Source: Dehalococcoidia bacterium
GTDB taxonomy: Bacteria; Chloroflexota; Dehalococcoidia; SM23-28-2; RBG-16-64-32
NCBI GenBank assembly: GCA_040877915.1
Contig: JBBDNA010000012.1
Coordinates: 41,102 to 105,101 of the forward strand
Direction: 5' to 3'
DNA: 64,000 nucleotides
Under the pieces are notes generated by a model. It did not search any database, was not told the origin of the DNA, and saw only the letters and a list, made by a program, of their open reading frames with translations. The position numbers were made by a program, and so were the translations under genes. Shown here in pieces: positions 52,949 through 61,717 of the stretch; position 1 is the first letter of the stretch; each line of letters starts with the position of its first letter.

Positions 52949-53700
52949 TGAAGGCGACGCTGCGGCTGGCCCACCTCTACCCGAAGCTGATGAACATCTA
53001 CGGCGACCGGGGGAACATCCTCTGCCTGGCGCGCCGCTGTGGCGAGCGCGGCATCGGCTTCGAGCTGACCGAACTGGAGCCCGGCGATCCGTTCCAGGGC
53101 GACGACTTCGATATGGTGTTCATCGGCGGGGCGCAGGACCGCGAGCAGCAGCGCGTGGCCGAGGACCTGGTGTCGGAGAAGGGCGAAGCGCTGCGGCAGG
53201 CGGTGGAGGCCGGCGTGACCGTTCTGGCGGTGTGCGGCGGCTATCAGTTGCTCGGCCGCTACTACCGCGCGGCGGACGGAGACGAGCTGCCGGGCGTCGG
53301 CGTGTTCGGGACCTGGACGGAGCACCCGGGCCCGGGCGCCGACCGGTTCATCGGCAACGTCGTCGTCGAGTGGAACGGCGAGACGCTCGTCGGCTTCGAG
53401 AACCACGGTGGCCGCACGTACCTGGACGATGGTGTGGCGCCGCTGGCGCGAATCGTAACCGGCATGGGCAACAACGGCCTGGACGGCGGCGAGGGTGCGG
53501 TCCGCAACAACGCCTACGGGACGTACCTGCACGGCTCGCTGCTGCCCAAGAACCCGGCCTTCGCCGACCACCTGCTACAGAAGGCGTTGCGCCGGCGCTA
53601 CAAGGGCCTGAGGCTGAAATCGCTGGACGACCGCATAGAGGAGATGGCCCACGCCGCCGCCGTGCGCCTGGCCAGCGGGCGCGGTATCATTTCCTCGTAG
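52948..53700 (+). CDS. gatD: lipid II isoglutaminyl synthase, glutaminase subunit GatD (CobB/CobQ-like GATase)
   Basis: Nucleophile Cys in LAVCGGYQLLG and the HG motif. The start overlaps the murT stop (TAGTG). Confidence 0.88.
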   Translation: MKATLRLAHLYPKLMNIYGDRGNILCLARRCGERGIGFELTELEPGDPFQGDDFDMVFIGGAQDREQQRVAEDLVSEKGEALRQAVEAGVTVLAVCGGYQLLGRYYRAADGDELPGVGVFGTWTEHPGPGADRFIGNVVVEWNGETLVGFENHGGRTYLDDGVAPLARIVTGMGNNGLDGGEGAVRNNAYGTYLHGSLLPKNPAFADHLLQKALRRRYKGLRLKSLDDRIEEMAHAAAVRLASGRGIISS

Positions 53701-53719
53701 GAGGACGCCCCCTTTCGAA

Positions 53720-54436
53720 ATGGCTGAGGACTGGCAGGCCGGCGGCTCGCTGGAGATCGACGAGGCGCCGCAGCGGCGTCGTGTCTGGCGCGGCCCCTGG
53801 CGCAGCCTGGTACTCCCGCTGCTCGTCGTCGCGGCTATCGCCGCCGCGATCTGGTGGCTGGACTACCGCGACACCGGGTCGTCGGTCGAGGGGACCCGCT
53901 ACGGGCCGGTTGACCTGCCGGCGGAGCTGGCGACGCCCGGCCTCGATATTGAGGCGAAAGAGGGGTCGCTGGCGCCGGACTTCCTGCTGGAGACGCTGGA
54001 CGGCGACGCCCAGACGGGCGGGCGCCCGCCCGAGCTGCGCTTCAGCGACCTGCGCGGCAAGGCGGTGATCCTCAACCTCTGGGCCACCTGGTGCGAGCCC
54101 TGCCGCAAGGAGATGCCGCAGTTCGTGCAGGCCTACGAGCAGTACAACGACGACGGCCTGGAGATCGTGGCCATGAACGTGCAGGAGAGCGCTTCGATCA
54201 TCCAGCCGTTCGTGGAGGACTTCGGGATGGACTTCCCGGTGGCGCTGGACACGAACGGCCGCGTCTCCGACGACTACCGCATCCTGGGCCTGCCGGTGAC
54301 CTACTTCATCGACCGCGAGGGCGTCGTTCGCGGCGTGTTCCAGGGGCCGTTCCTGGACCGGCTGCGCGGCACGCAGGTGCAGGGCGCGATCGAGGAGGAC
54401 GAGCTGTCCCGGCGCATCGAGGAGATCCTGGAGTAA
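53720..54436 (+). CDS. TlpA/ResA-like membrane-anchored thiol:disulfide oxidoreductase
   Basis: N-terminal TM helix and thioredoxin motif WATWCEPC. Confidence 0.85.
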   Translation: MAEDWQAGGSLEIDEAPQRRRVWRGPWRSLVLPLLVVAAIAAAIWWLDYRDTGSSVEGTRYGPVDLPAELATPGLDIEAKEGSLAPDFLLETLDGDAQTGGRPPELRFSDLRGKAVILNLWATWCEPCRKEMPQFVQAYEQYNDDGLEIVAMNVQESASIIQPFVEDFGMDFPVALDTNGRVSDDYRILGLPVTYFIDREGVVRGVFQGPFLDRLRGTQVQGAIEEDELSRRIEEILE

Positions 54437-54438
54437 CC

Positions 54439-56190
54439 GTGGCCAAGGAGACGGCCCTCCGTGGCTCGTCGTGGCTCAGGCTGGCCCGCGAGCTGGACCC
54501 GTTCCGCGCCACCTGGCGGCTGTTCACCAACGTCCGCTGGGCCATCGGCATCATCACCTTCATGGTGCTGGCCAGCCTCGTCGGCGTGCTGGTGCCGCAG
54601 GCCCCGGCCAACGTCCGCGGCAGCGACGCCCTGGAGGCCGGCTGGCTGGCCCGGCAGGAGGAGCGCTTCGGATTCCTCACGGACGCGATGAACAGCCTGG
54701 GCCTGTTCGACGTGTTCCACGCCCGCTGGTTCGTGTACGCGCTGGGCCTGCTCGTCGTCTCGGTCTCCGTCTGCACGGCCAGCCGTCTGCCCTCCATTTG
54801 GCGCACGGTGACCCGCCCTCGCAAGCGGGTGAACGACGCCTATTTCCAGTCGGCCCATCACCGCTACGACTACGCCACGCCCAGCGGCGCGCACGACCTC
54901 GAGGCGGCGCTGCGCAAGCGTCTGTACAAGGTCGAACGCTACGACGAGGGCGACACGTTGTACCTGTTCGCCGACCGCTTTCAGTTCGTGCAGCTGGCCA
55001 CCTTCGCCTCCCACCTGGCGCTGATCGTGCTGCTGGCGGCGGCGCTGGTCAGCCGCTTCGATGGCTTTTCCACCGGCGTCATGCTGGCCGAAGGCTCGAC
55101 GGCGCCGGTGTTCGACCTGGCCGATCCGGACCAGATGCAGGTGGAGCTCGTGGACACGGTGGGGCGCTTCACGGACAGCGGTCAGCCGCTGGAGTACAGC
55201 TCGCAGCTGGCGATCCACCGCGGCGGCGAAGAGGTGGCGCGCTGCACCTCTACCGTCAACTCGCCCTGCGGCTTCGACGGCTACCGCTTCCACCAGGCCG
55301 CCTACTTCGGCTTCGGGGCCGACGTGCGGGTGCGCGACCTGGCCAGCGGCAACGTGGTCTACCGCGAGACGCTGAGTCTGAGCGACCAGCTTCCCTCGCC
55401 GCACGTCATCGTCCGCGACGGCGACGGCGCGACGCTGCTGGACGAACGGCTGGTCCTGACCGACATCCTGAGCAACGAAGAGCTGACGTACTACGGCGCG
55501 CTTGTCGAGCTGGAGAACGGCCGCGTCCTGACCATCGGGGCGCGGAAACTGGCTGGCGAAGAGGACTGGCGGCTGGCCGTGTTCGAGCCGGGGGAGGGTG
55601 AGACGTCGCAACTCCTGCTCGCCGAGGGCGATAGCGGCTCGGCAAGCGGACTCGACGTCACCTTCGCCGGGCTGGGCTCGCTGCCGGCGGCGTTCGTGCG
55701 CGACTTCCCGCTGCCGGAGGGCCTGGAGCCCGGGGGCAGCGGCGACGCCGTCCTGGAGATGCGAAACGTGGTCTACGGGACGGACACGCCGTCCGAAGGG
55801 ACGTCCCTGGAGGCGGCCGGCGACGGCCCTCCGGAGCTGACGATCGTCGGGCTGAGACCGCAGGCGGTGACGCTGCGCGAAGGGGATAGCGTGGAGATAG
55901 GCGGCTACGAGTACACGTTCCAGAGCCAGCGGGAGTTCGCCGGGATTCAGGTCAAGAAGGACCGCGGCGATCTCCTCATCTGGATCGGCGCTGGGCTGCT
56001 CATCGGCGGCCTGCTGGCCACCTTCTGGGTGCCGAGAAGGCGACTATGGGCTAAAATAACACCGGCCCGCACGTACCTCGCCGGACACGCGGGCCACCTG
56101 GTGAACCTCCGCAAAGAGATGGAGGAGGTGGCGCGGGCCAGCGGCGCGCCGCCCGACGCGGAGGAGGTAGGGGACAGCGAACATGATTGA
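54439..56190 (+). CDS. resB: cytochrome c biogenesis protein ResB/Ccs1 (system II)
   Basis: FTNVRWAIGIITFMVLASLVGVLVPQ N terminus, a large extracytoplasmic loop, and a C-terminal TM helix. GTG start 3 nt after the previous stop. Confidence 0.8.
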   Translation: MAKETALRGSSWLRLARELDPFRATWRLFTNVRWAIGIITFMVLASLVGVLVPQAPANVRGSDALEAGWLARQEERFGFLTDAMNSLGLFDVFHARWFVYALGLLVVSVSVCTASRLPSIWRTVTRPRKRVNDAYFQSAHHRYDYATPSGAHDLEAALRKRLYKVERYDEGDTLYLFADRFQFVQLATFASHLALIVLLAAALVSRFDGFSTGVMLAEGSTAPVFDLADPDQMQVELVDTVGRFTDSGQPLEYSSQLAIHRGGEEVARCTSTVNSPCGFDGYRFHQAAYFGFGADVRVRDLASGNVVYRETLSLSDQLPSPHVIVRDGDGATLLDERLVLTDILSNEELTYYGALVELENGRVLTIGARKLAGEEDWRLAVFEPGEGETSQLLLAEGDSGSASGLDVTFAGLGSLPAAFVRDFPLPEGLEPGGSGDAVLEMRNVVYGTDTPSEGTSLEAAGDGPPELTIVGLRPQAVTLREGDSVEIGGYEYTFQSQREFAGIQVKKDRGDLLIWIGAGLLIGGLLATFWVPRRRLWAKITPARTYLAGHAGHLVNLRKEMEEVARASGAPPDAEEVGDSEHD

Positions 56191-57064
56191 CGCCGCCCTG
56201 CTCACGATCAAGATCGGCCTGGACCCGACGCTGTTCGATGTCGCGGGTCTGGAGATCACCTGGCACGGCGTGTTCACCGCGCTCGGCGTCGTCGTCGGCG
56301 TGACTATCGCCGCCGCCTTCGCCCGCCGCGCCAACATCCCCGAAGACGAGATATACAACCTCGCCCTGGCCGTCGTAGTCGGCGGCATCATCGGCGCGCG
56401 CGGCCTCTACGTCATCGAGAACTGGTCCCAGTTCGACGACAGTATCGGTGACATCTTCGAGCTGAACACCGGCGGCATCTCCATCTACGGGTCGCTCGTG
56501 GGGGCCATGGTGGCCACCTGGGGCTACGCCTACATCCGCAAGCTTCCGGACATCCCCAGGCTGGCGGACATCGCTGTGCTGGGCGGGATCATGGGCATGG
56601 CCGTGGGCCGCATCGGCGACATAATCAACGGGGAGCACTTCGCCGAGTCGACGAGCCTCCCCTGGGGCGTGCAGTACACGCATGCCGACAACCCCAGCGT
56701 TCTGGTGGGTCTGACCGGCGTGCAGCACCCGGCCGTGGCCTACGAGCTCCTGGGCGACGTGGCAATATTCGCTGTGCTTGTTCTGATCTACACCCGTGTC
56801 GGCCGCGGCGGGGTCACCTTCTTCGCGTTCTGGTTCCTCTACGGCGCCCTGCGCCTCAGCGTGAGCTTCCTGCGGCTGGACGACATCGTCTGGCTGGGGT
56901 TGAGGACGGCGCAGTTGATCGCCGTGGCCAGCATGGCAATATCGTTGCCGGCAATCATCTATCTGTTGCGCACGCCGCCCCAGGAGGTCCGCAAGAGCCG
57001 GGCCGAGCGCCGGCGGATGTCGAGGCAGGAGGAGGAGGCGAGCGAACCCTCGCAGGGGTCCTAG
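56183..57064 (+). CDS. lgt: prolipoprotein diacylglyceryl transferase
   Basis: GGISIYGSLVG and GRIGDIINGEHFA signatures. 8-nt overlap with resB. Confidence 0.92.
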   Translation: MIDAALLTIKIGLDPTLFDVAGLEITWHGVFTALGVVVGVTIAAAFARRANIPEDEIYNLALAVVVGGIIGARGLYVIENWSQFDDSIGDIFELNTGGISIYGSLVGAMVATWGYAYIRKLPDIPRLADIAVLGGIMGMAVGRIGDIINGEHFAESTSLPWGVQYTHADNPSVLVGLTGVQHPAVAYELLGDVAIFAVLVLIYTRVGRGGVTFFAFWFLYGALRLSVSFLRLDDIVWLGLRTAQLIAVASMAISLPAIIYLLRTPPQEVRKSRAERRRMSRQEEEASEPSQGS

Positions 57065-57294
57065 GGGGCGATCCCGCAGCTAGTCCCAGGCGTATTCATT
57101 AGCGGGCCACAGCCCGTCTGTGGTCGCTTCGGCTGCGTGCCTGATTGGAGGTTAAGCTGAAGTATAGATGTAGTCGATATGAGTGGCCGAAAAACGCACC
57201 AAATTCTTCTCATTAACGTCTTCCCAACCTAGAGGCCCAATGGTAGTATGTAGTTGCAGCTATCGGAAAACCAGAATCCTGCTGCTCCATTAAG

Positions 57295-57615
57295 ATGACT
57301 ATAGAAAACCACTGGTATCTCGTTTCCAGCCACGGCGCCATCCTCTTCTACGTCGCCGTCAACCCCGACTGCACGATCAAGGACATCGCCAATGCGATGT
57401 CGCTTACGCGTCGCACCGTCTGGGGAGTCATCGGCGACCTGCGGCGGGCCGGCATGCTTCACATACGCAAAGAAGGCCGGCGGCATCACTACACCGTGAA
57501 CCTGGACGCGCCGTTCAAGCACCCGGTGATCAACGGCTTCAAGCTCCGCGTGATCCTGGGCGAGCTGGTGAACGACCTGCGGCGCGAGCCGGTCGGCGCT
57601 CAGCGCTCGGCTTAG
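57295..57615 (+). CDS. winged helix-turn-helix (MarR/ArsR-like) DNA-binding protein
   Basis: TIKDIANAMSLTRRTVWGVIGDLRRAGMLHIRKEGRRHHYTV is a typical wHTH. An AT-rich gap precedes it. Confidence 0.65.
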   Translation: MTIENHWYLVSSHGAILFYVAVNPDCTIKDIANAMSLTRRTVWGVIGDLRRAGMLHIRKEGRRHHYTVNLDAPFKHPVINGFKLRVILGELVNDLRREPVGAQRSA

Positions 57616-57644
57616 ACGCGTCCCCCTCCCTGGCCGGTCCTCCG

Positions 57645-57674
57645 TTGACACTGAATCCGCGCGTGTGCTAGCAT
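57645..57674 (+). promoter_or_regulatory. promoter feeding the SAM riboswitch
   Basis: TTGACA (57645-57650), an 18-nt spacer, TAGCAT (57669-57674), about 20 nt upstream of the aptamer. Confidence 0.45.
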
Positions 57675-57696
57675 CCCATTCACAATTGAATAGGCT

Positions 57697-57812
57697 CTCT
57701 TATCCAGAGAGGTGGAGGGTACGGCCCTGTGAAGCCCGGCAACCGGCTCCCGCCCCAGGCGGGGGCAGCGGTGCCAAAGCCGACCCCGATGGCGATCGGG
57801 GCACGATAAGGG
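57697..57812 (+). promoter_or_regulatory. SAM-I (S-box) riboswitch aptamer
   Basis: CTCTTATCCAGAGAGGTGGAGGGTACGGCCCTGTGAAGCCCGGCAACC...GGTGCCAAAGCC...GATAAGGGG matches the S-box consensus. P1 pairs CUCUUAUC with GAUAAGGG. Confidence 0.9.
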
Positions 57813-57822
57813 GATTTAGGTG

Positions 57823-57857
57823 GCCTCTTCTCCGAAAGACGAAGGGGCTTTTCTTTT
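57823..57857 (+). terminator. riboswitch expression-platform terminator
   Basis: GCCTCTTC...GAAGGGGC stem followed by TTTTCTTTT. The 3' P1 strand AAGGGG can alternatively pair with CCTCTT (anti-terminator), which implies an OFF switch. Confidence 0.65.
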
Positions 57858-58014
57858 GCACACCATGTCCAGGCACGACACGAAAGCGCGACACCCGGCG
57901 GCCTCGCTCACAGCGGCGGGGACGATGGCGATGCCCCGGGCCTCCACCCCCGAACAGCCGGGGAGTGGGAGGCCCAGCGCGGCCAGGAGCTAGCAGCCGG
58001 AGGTATCGCAAGCC

Positions 58015-59265
58015 ATGTCGTTCGCCAGGAACCTTAGATGTAGAGAGTGCGGCCGGGTCTACCCCACCGACCCGATGCACGTGTGCGAGTTCTGCTTCGG
58101 CCCGCTGGAGATGTTCTACGATTACGACGCGCTGCGGCGGACGCTGACCCGTGAACGAATCGAGCGGGGTCCGCCCACGATGTGGCGCTACGCCGACCTC
58201 CTCCCCGCCGACGCCGATTCCGCCGTGGACATCGGCACGGGGATGACGCCTCTGTTGCGGGCGTCGCGCCTGGGCCGCGAGCTGGGGCTGGAGCGGCTAT
58301 ACGTCAAGAACGACTGCCAGAACCCGACCTGGTCGTTCAAGGACCGCGTCGTCTCGGTGGCCGTGACAAAGGCTCGCGAGTTCGAGTACGACACGCTGGC
58401 CTGCGCCTCCACCGGCAACCTGGCCAACAGCGTGGCCGCCCACGCCGCGCGCGCGGGGATGAAGGCCATGGTGTTCATCCCGGCCGATCTCGAAGTCGGC
58501 AAGATCGTCGGCTCCGCCGTCTACGGTCCCACCCTCGTCGCCGTCGACGGCAGCTACGACGAGGTAAACCGCCTGTGCAGCGAGCTGTCCGACAAGTACC
58601 CCTGGGCGTTCGTCAACATCAACATGCGGCCCTACTACGCGGAGGGCAGCAAGACCCTGGCCTTCGAGGTCTGCGAGCAGCTGGGCTGGCAGGCGCCCGA
58701 CCACTGCCTGGTGCCCCTGGCCAGCGGCTCTCTGTACACCAAGATCTACAAGGGGCTGAAGGAGCTGGCCTGGCTCGGCCTCGTCGAATGGCGCGCGACG
58801 CGGATGAGCGGGGCGCAGGCGCTGGGCTGCTCGCCCATCGTCGAGGCCTGGGAGCGGCAGAGCTTCGACATCAAGCCGCAGAAGCCCAGCACCATCGCCA
58901 AGTCGCTGGCCATCGGCAACCCCGCCGACGGCTACTACGCCCTCAAGATCATGTCGCAGTCGGGCGGCCACGGCGTGGCCGTGACCGACGACGAAGTCGT
59001 CGAGGGGATAAAGTTGCTGGCCCAGACCGAAGGGATCTTCGCGGAGACGGCCGGGGGCGTCGTCGTCGCCGGGCTGAAGCGGCTTGCCAGGCAGGGTAAA
59101 ATCGGGCCGGAGGAGCTGGTGGTGGCGTTCATCACGGGCGCCGGGCTGAAGACTCAGGAGGCGGTGGCCCCGGCCCTGGAGCCCTCGCTCTCCGTTCAGC
59201 CCACCATGGCGTCGTTTGAGGACGCCCTGAGCGAGCGCACCGGCGCGCTGCCGGCCACGAAGTAG
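58015..59265 (+). CDS. threonine-synthase-like PLP enzyme with an N-terminal zinc ribbon (candidate homocysteine synthase)
   Basis: CRECGRVYPTDPMHVCEFCFGPLE ribbon and the PLP Lys in NPTWSFKDR. 416 aa. Lies under the SAM-I riboswitch. Confidence 0.88.
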   Translation: MSFARNLRCRECGRVYPTDPMHVCEFCFGPLEMFYDYDALRRTLTRERIERGPPTMWRYADLLPADADSAVDIGTGMTPLLRASRLGRELGLERLYVKNDCQNPTWSFKDRVVSVAVTKAREFEYDTLACASTGNLANSVAAHAARAGMKAMVFIPADLEVGKIVGSAVYGPTLVAVDGSYDEVNRLCSELSDKYPWAFVNINMRPYYAEGSKTLAFEVCEQLGWQAPDHCLVPLASGSLYTKIYKGLKELAWLGLVEWRATRMSGAQALGCSPIVEAWERQSFDIKPQKPSTIAKSLAIGNPADGYYALKIMSQSGGHGVAVTDDEVVEGIKLLAQTEGIFAETAGGVVVAGLKRLARQGKIGPEELVVAFITGAGLKTQEAVAPALEPSLSVQPTMASFEDALSERTGALPATK

Positions 59266-59278
59266 AATCAGGAGACAC

Positions 59279-59521
59279 ATGGCGAAGCAACGAATGAAGT
59301 TCACCTTTCCCACGGAGCTGATCAAGGAGCCCGTGATCTGGCGCCTGGGCCGCGACTTCGAACTGGTCACCAACATCCGCCGCGCCGACGTGACGGACGA
59401 CCGCGGCTGGGTGGTGCTGGAGCTGGACGGCGAGATGGACGAGATCGAGCGTGGGGTGCGCTGGGTGGTGGACCAGGGCGTGCGCGTCGACCCCGTGGCC
59501 GGCGACATCGTGGAGGGATGA
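59279..59521 (+). CDS. stand-alone NIL domain protein
   Basis: 80 aa. FTFPTELIKEPVIWRLGRDFELVTNIRRADVTDDRGWVVLELDG...GVRV follows the NIL (MetN C-terminal) pattern. Confidence 0.7.
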   Translation: MAKQRMKFTFPTELIKEPVIWRLGRDFELVTNIRRADVTDDRGWVVLELDGEMDEIERGVRWVVDQGVRVDPVAGDIVEG

Positions 59522-59551
59522 GCGTGGATCGAAAGCGTGCCGGACCCAGAA

Positions 59552-59584
59552 CCGTTCGTCCTGAGCCTGTCGAAGGGCGGACGG
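59552..59584 (+). repeat. REP-like hairpin between the NIL and MoaD-like genes
   Basis: CCGTTCGTCC, a 13-nt loop (TGAGCCTGTCGAA), GGGCGGACGG (10 bp including 2 G-U pairs). The loop and core recur at 30853. Confidence 0.55.
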
Positions 59585-59612
59585 CCCCGCTAGGCGGGAG
59601 CGAGGCTGCATC

Positions 59613-59888
59613 ATGACCGTGAACGTTAGAATACCGACGCCGCTGCGCAAGCTGACCAACGAGCAGGACATCGTCAGCGGCGACGGCGGGACCCTGAAAG
59701 CCTGTATCGAGTCGCTCGACTCGCAGTTCCCGGGGCTCAAGGAGCGTCTGTGCGACGACGACGGCGAGCTGCGGCGGTTCGTCAACGTCTACGTCAACGG
59801 CGAGGACGTCCGCTTCATGTCCGGCCTGGCCACGGCCCTCAGCGCCGGCGACGAGGTGAGCATCGTGCCGGCGGTGGCCGGGGGGTAG
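59613..59888 (+). CDS. MoaD/ThiS-family ubiquitin-like sulfur carrier protein
   Basis: 91 aa ending ...DEVSIVPAVAGG (C-terminal Gly-Gly). Confidence 0.85.
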   Translation: MTVNVRIPTPLRKLTNEQDIVSGDGGTLKACIESLDSQFPGLKERLCDDDGELRRFVNVYVNGEDVRFMSGLATALSAGDEVSIVPAVAGG

Positions 59889-59913
59889 CGGCGCTTCTAT
59901 CAAGCGGCGGGCT

Positions 59914-59941
59914 GTGGGTTCGATCCCCGTCTCTCGCTCCA
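59914..59941 (+). other. tRNA 3' fragment (T-arm, acceptor 3' strand and CCA), not a complete tRNA
   Basis: GTGGG-TTCGATC-CCCGT then CTCTCGC-T-CCA. No complementary 5' acceptor strand (GCGAGAG) and no canonical anticodon arm lie upstream. The MoaD-like CDS ends at 59888. Confidence 0.45.
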
Positions 59942-60193
59942 GTTACGAATACGGTTAGCCGGGCTTGACGCGAACGCCAGCGACCGGTAACGTGACGCGT
60001 GATGATCTCCTTTGGTCACGCGCAAGGAGCCGTAGGCATCGCCGCGAGCGTATCGCGGCGTTCTTGGTGCGCGCCCTGAGGGATCAAGCCGCTAGCTACT
60101 GAACGATTTGCTCCCGCGGGCGCTGAGCCGGCGGGAGTCTTCTTTGGGACCTCCTTTCCGGCTCAACGCGGGAGCGCCAGAGGGAGGCTCGAA

Positions 60194-61270
60194 GTGCGAT
60201 CCAACACCCCACTCAGACTCGGTTTCTTCATCCAGCCTGTCCACCCCCCGTCGCGGAGTTACCGCGACGTCTTGCGAGAGGACAGGGAGGCTATCATCCT
60301 GGCGGATCGGCTGGGCTACGCGGAAGCTTTCGTTGGAGAGCATCTCACGGACTCTGCCGAGCCGATCACCTCAAGCCTGGCCTTCATCGCGAGCGTTGCG
60401 GATCAATGCGCATCGCTCACTCTTGGAACTGGAGTCCTGAGTTTTCTCAACCACCATCCTGTGGCCGTAGCGGCTCAGACGGCGATGATCGACCACCTGC
60501 TCGACGGCCGCTTTCTGCTCGGTGTCGGCGCGGGCGTCCCATCAGACGCGGAGGCGTTGGGGAACCTGGGGGCCGATCGGGACGGCAGGCTCTTGGAGGG
60601 CATCGACCAGGTCATCGCGCTGTGGTCGGAGGAGCCGCCGTACGACCTGGAGGGCAAGTTCAATCGGATCACAACGGCGTCGACGCTGACGCGCGAGATA
60701 GGCCAGGGCATTATCGTCAGGCCACTACAGCAACCCCATCCGCCAATACTGCTCTCGTGTATCCGTCCCAACTCGCGATGGCCCGGCCTGGCCGGTCGCC
60801 GCGGTTGGGCCGGGATCTCGGCGAGCTACATCCCCCTCGAGGCCGTGGGCGCACACGTCAACGCGTATATTCAAGGCAGGGAAGCCTCTGGATTCAGTGC
60901 CGATGCCGCAAGCTGGCGTGTCGCCCGAAGCATCTTCGTCGCCGATGACGAAGCGACAGCGGTGTCCTACGCGACTACGGAGAGTGGGCCACACGCCTTC
61001 TATTTCTTCAACGTCATGACAAAGTTCGCCCCTTCATCTCAGCACGCGACGCTGGTCCCGCCAACCACGGGCATCAGCGACCTGCTTCGGCAGCGGGTCA
61101 TAGCGGGGACAGTCGATCAGGTCGTCGAGCAGATCCTCCATCTCCGAAACACGGTAGGGCCTTTCGGAACACTCCTCTACACCGGCCATGACTGGATGGA
61201 CCCTCCTCTGGCGCGACGCTCCATGGAACTGATGGCGAGGGAGGTGATGCCTCAAGTGAACGCATTGTAA
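60194..61270 (+). CDS. LLM-class (luciferase-like) flavin-dependent monooxygenase
   Basis: LRLGFFIQPVHPP...ADRLGYAEAFVGEHLT N terminus, typical of the LimB-like LLM group. GTG 6 nt after GAGGGAGG. GC is visibly lower. Confidence 0.88.
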   Translation: MRSNTPLRLGFFIQPVHPPSRSYRDVLREDREAIILADRLGYAEAFVGEHLTDSAEPITSSLAFIASVADQCASLTLGTGVLSFLNHHPVAVAAQTAMIDHLLDGRFLLGVGAGVPSDAEALGNLGADRDGRLLEGIDQVIALWSEEPPYDLEGKFNRITTASTLTREIGQGIIVRPLQQPHPPILLSCIRPNSRWPGLAGRRGWAGISASYIPLEAVGAHVNAYIQGREASGFSADAASWRVARSIFVADDEATAVSYATTESGPHAFYFFNVMTKFAPSSQHATLVPPTTGISDLLRQRVIAGTVDQVVEQILHLRNTVGPFGTLLYTGHDWMDPPLARRSMELMAREVMPQVNAL

Positions 61271-61412
61271 GCGAGGCGGAGTTGTTCGACACCGACTTCC
61301 TCGTCGCGCAGCTCCAGATCGGACTTGGCCTGCCTGACTGACATTTCCATCGCGTGCACGGAATTCACGCGCCCTTCGCTTGACCCCCTCATCGCCTGCC
61401 CCCTAACGTAAG

Positions 61413-61691
61413 GTGATGGAGCTATCGCGCGGCCCGATGGCCGAGGAGGTGGTGAACGTGGAGGAGTTGGCGCTGGCCCGCATCCTGGAGGATTGCCTGA
61501 ACGGCATGTCGAGGGGGGAGACCGACCTGGATGCCCTGGCCTCTCGCTATCCGGACGCCCGCGACGAGATACGGCCGCTGCTTGATATCGCCTCGCTGCT
61601 CGGCGAACGGTCCGCTGCCGCCCCGGCCTACCCGCTACAGCTGTTCGACGACCTGAAACAGCGGCTGCTGTCGCAGCACAGCGCCGCCTGA
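61413..61691 (+). CDS. hypothetical small helical protein
   Basis: ILEDCLNGMSRGETDLDALASRYPDARDEIRPLLDIASLL recalls the N-terminal helix pair of DUF5667-type/anti-sigma-like proteins (unverified). 92 aa. Confidence 0.5.
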   Translation: MMELSRGPMAEEVVNVEELALARILEDCLNGMSRGETDLDALASRYPDARDEIRPLLDIASLLGERSAAAPAYPLQLFDDLKQRLLSQHSAA

Positions 61692-61717
61692 TCCCGTAAC
61701 CGGACACGCACCCCGTA

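Noticed and set aside
59866-59941. A complete tRNA gene ending in CCA at 59941.
   Set aside because: The 76 nt ending at the CCA have no 5' acceptor strand complementary to CTCTCGC. The best anticodon-arm fold has a non-U at position 33. The 5' part would also overlap the MoaD-like CDS. Only the T-arm and acceptor 3' end are tRNA-like.
61252-61392. Small minus-strand ORF (MRGSSEGRVNSVHAMEMSVRQAKSDLELRDEEVGVEQLRLAYNAFT), considered as a possible antitoxin-like gene.
   Set aside because: It is only the 3' end of a 176-aa Arg/Pro-rich shadow ORF. There is no SD, no partner toxin gene and no recognisable fold motif. It also overlaps the LLM gene's 3' end.
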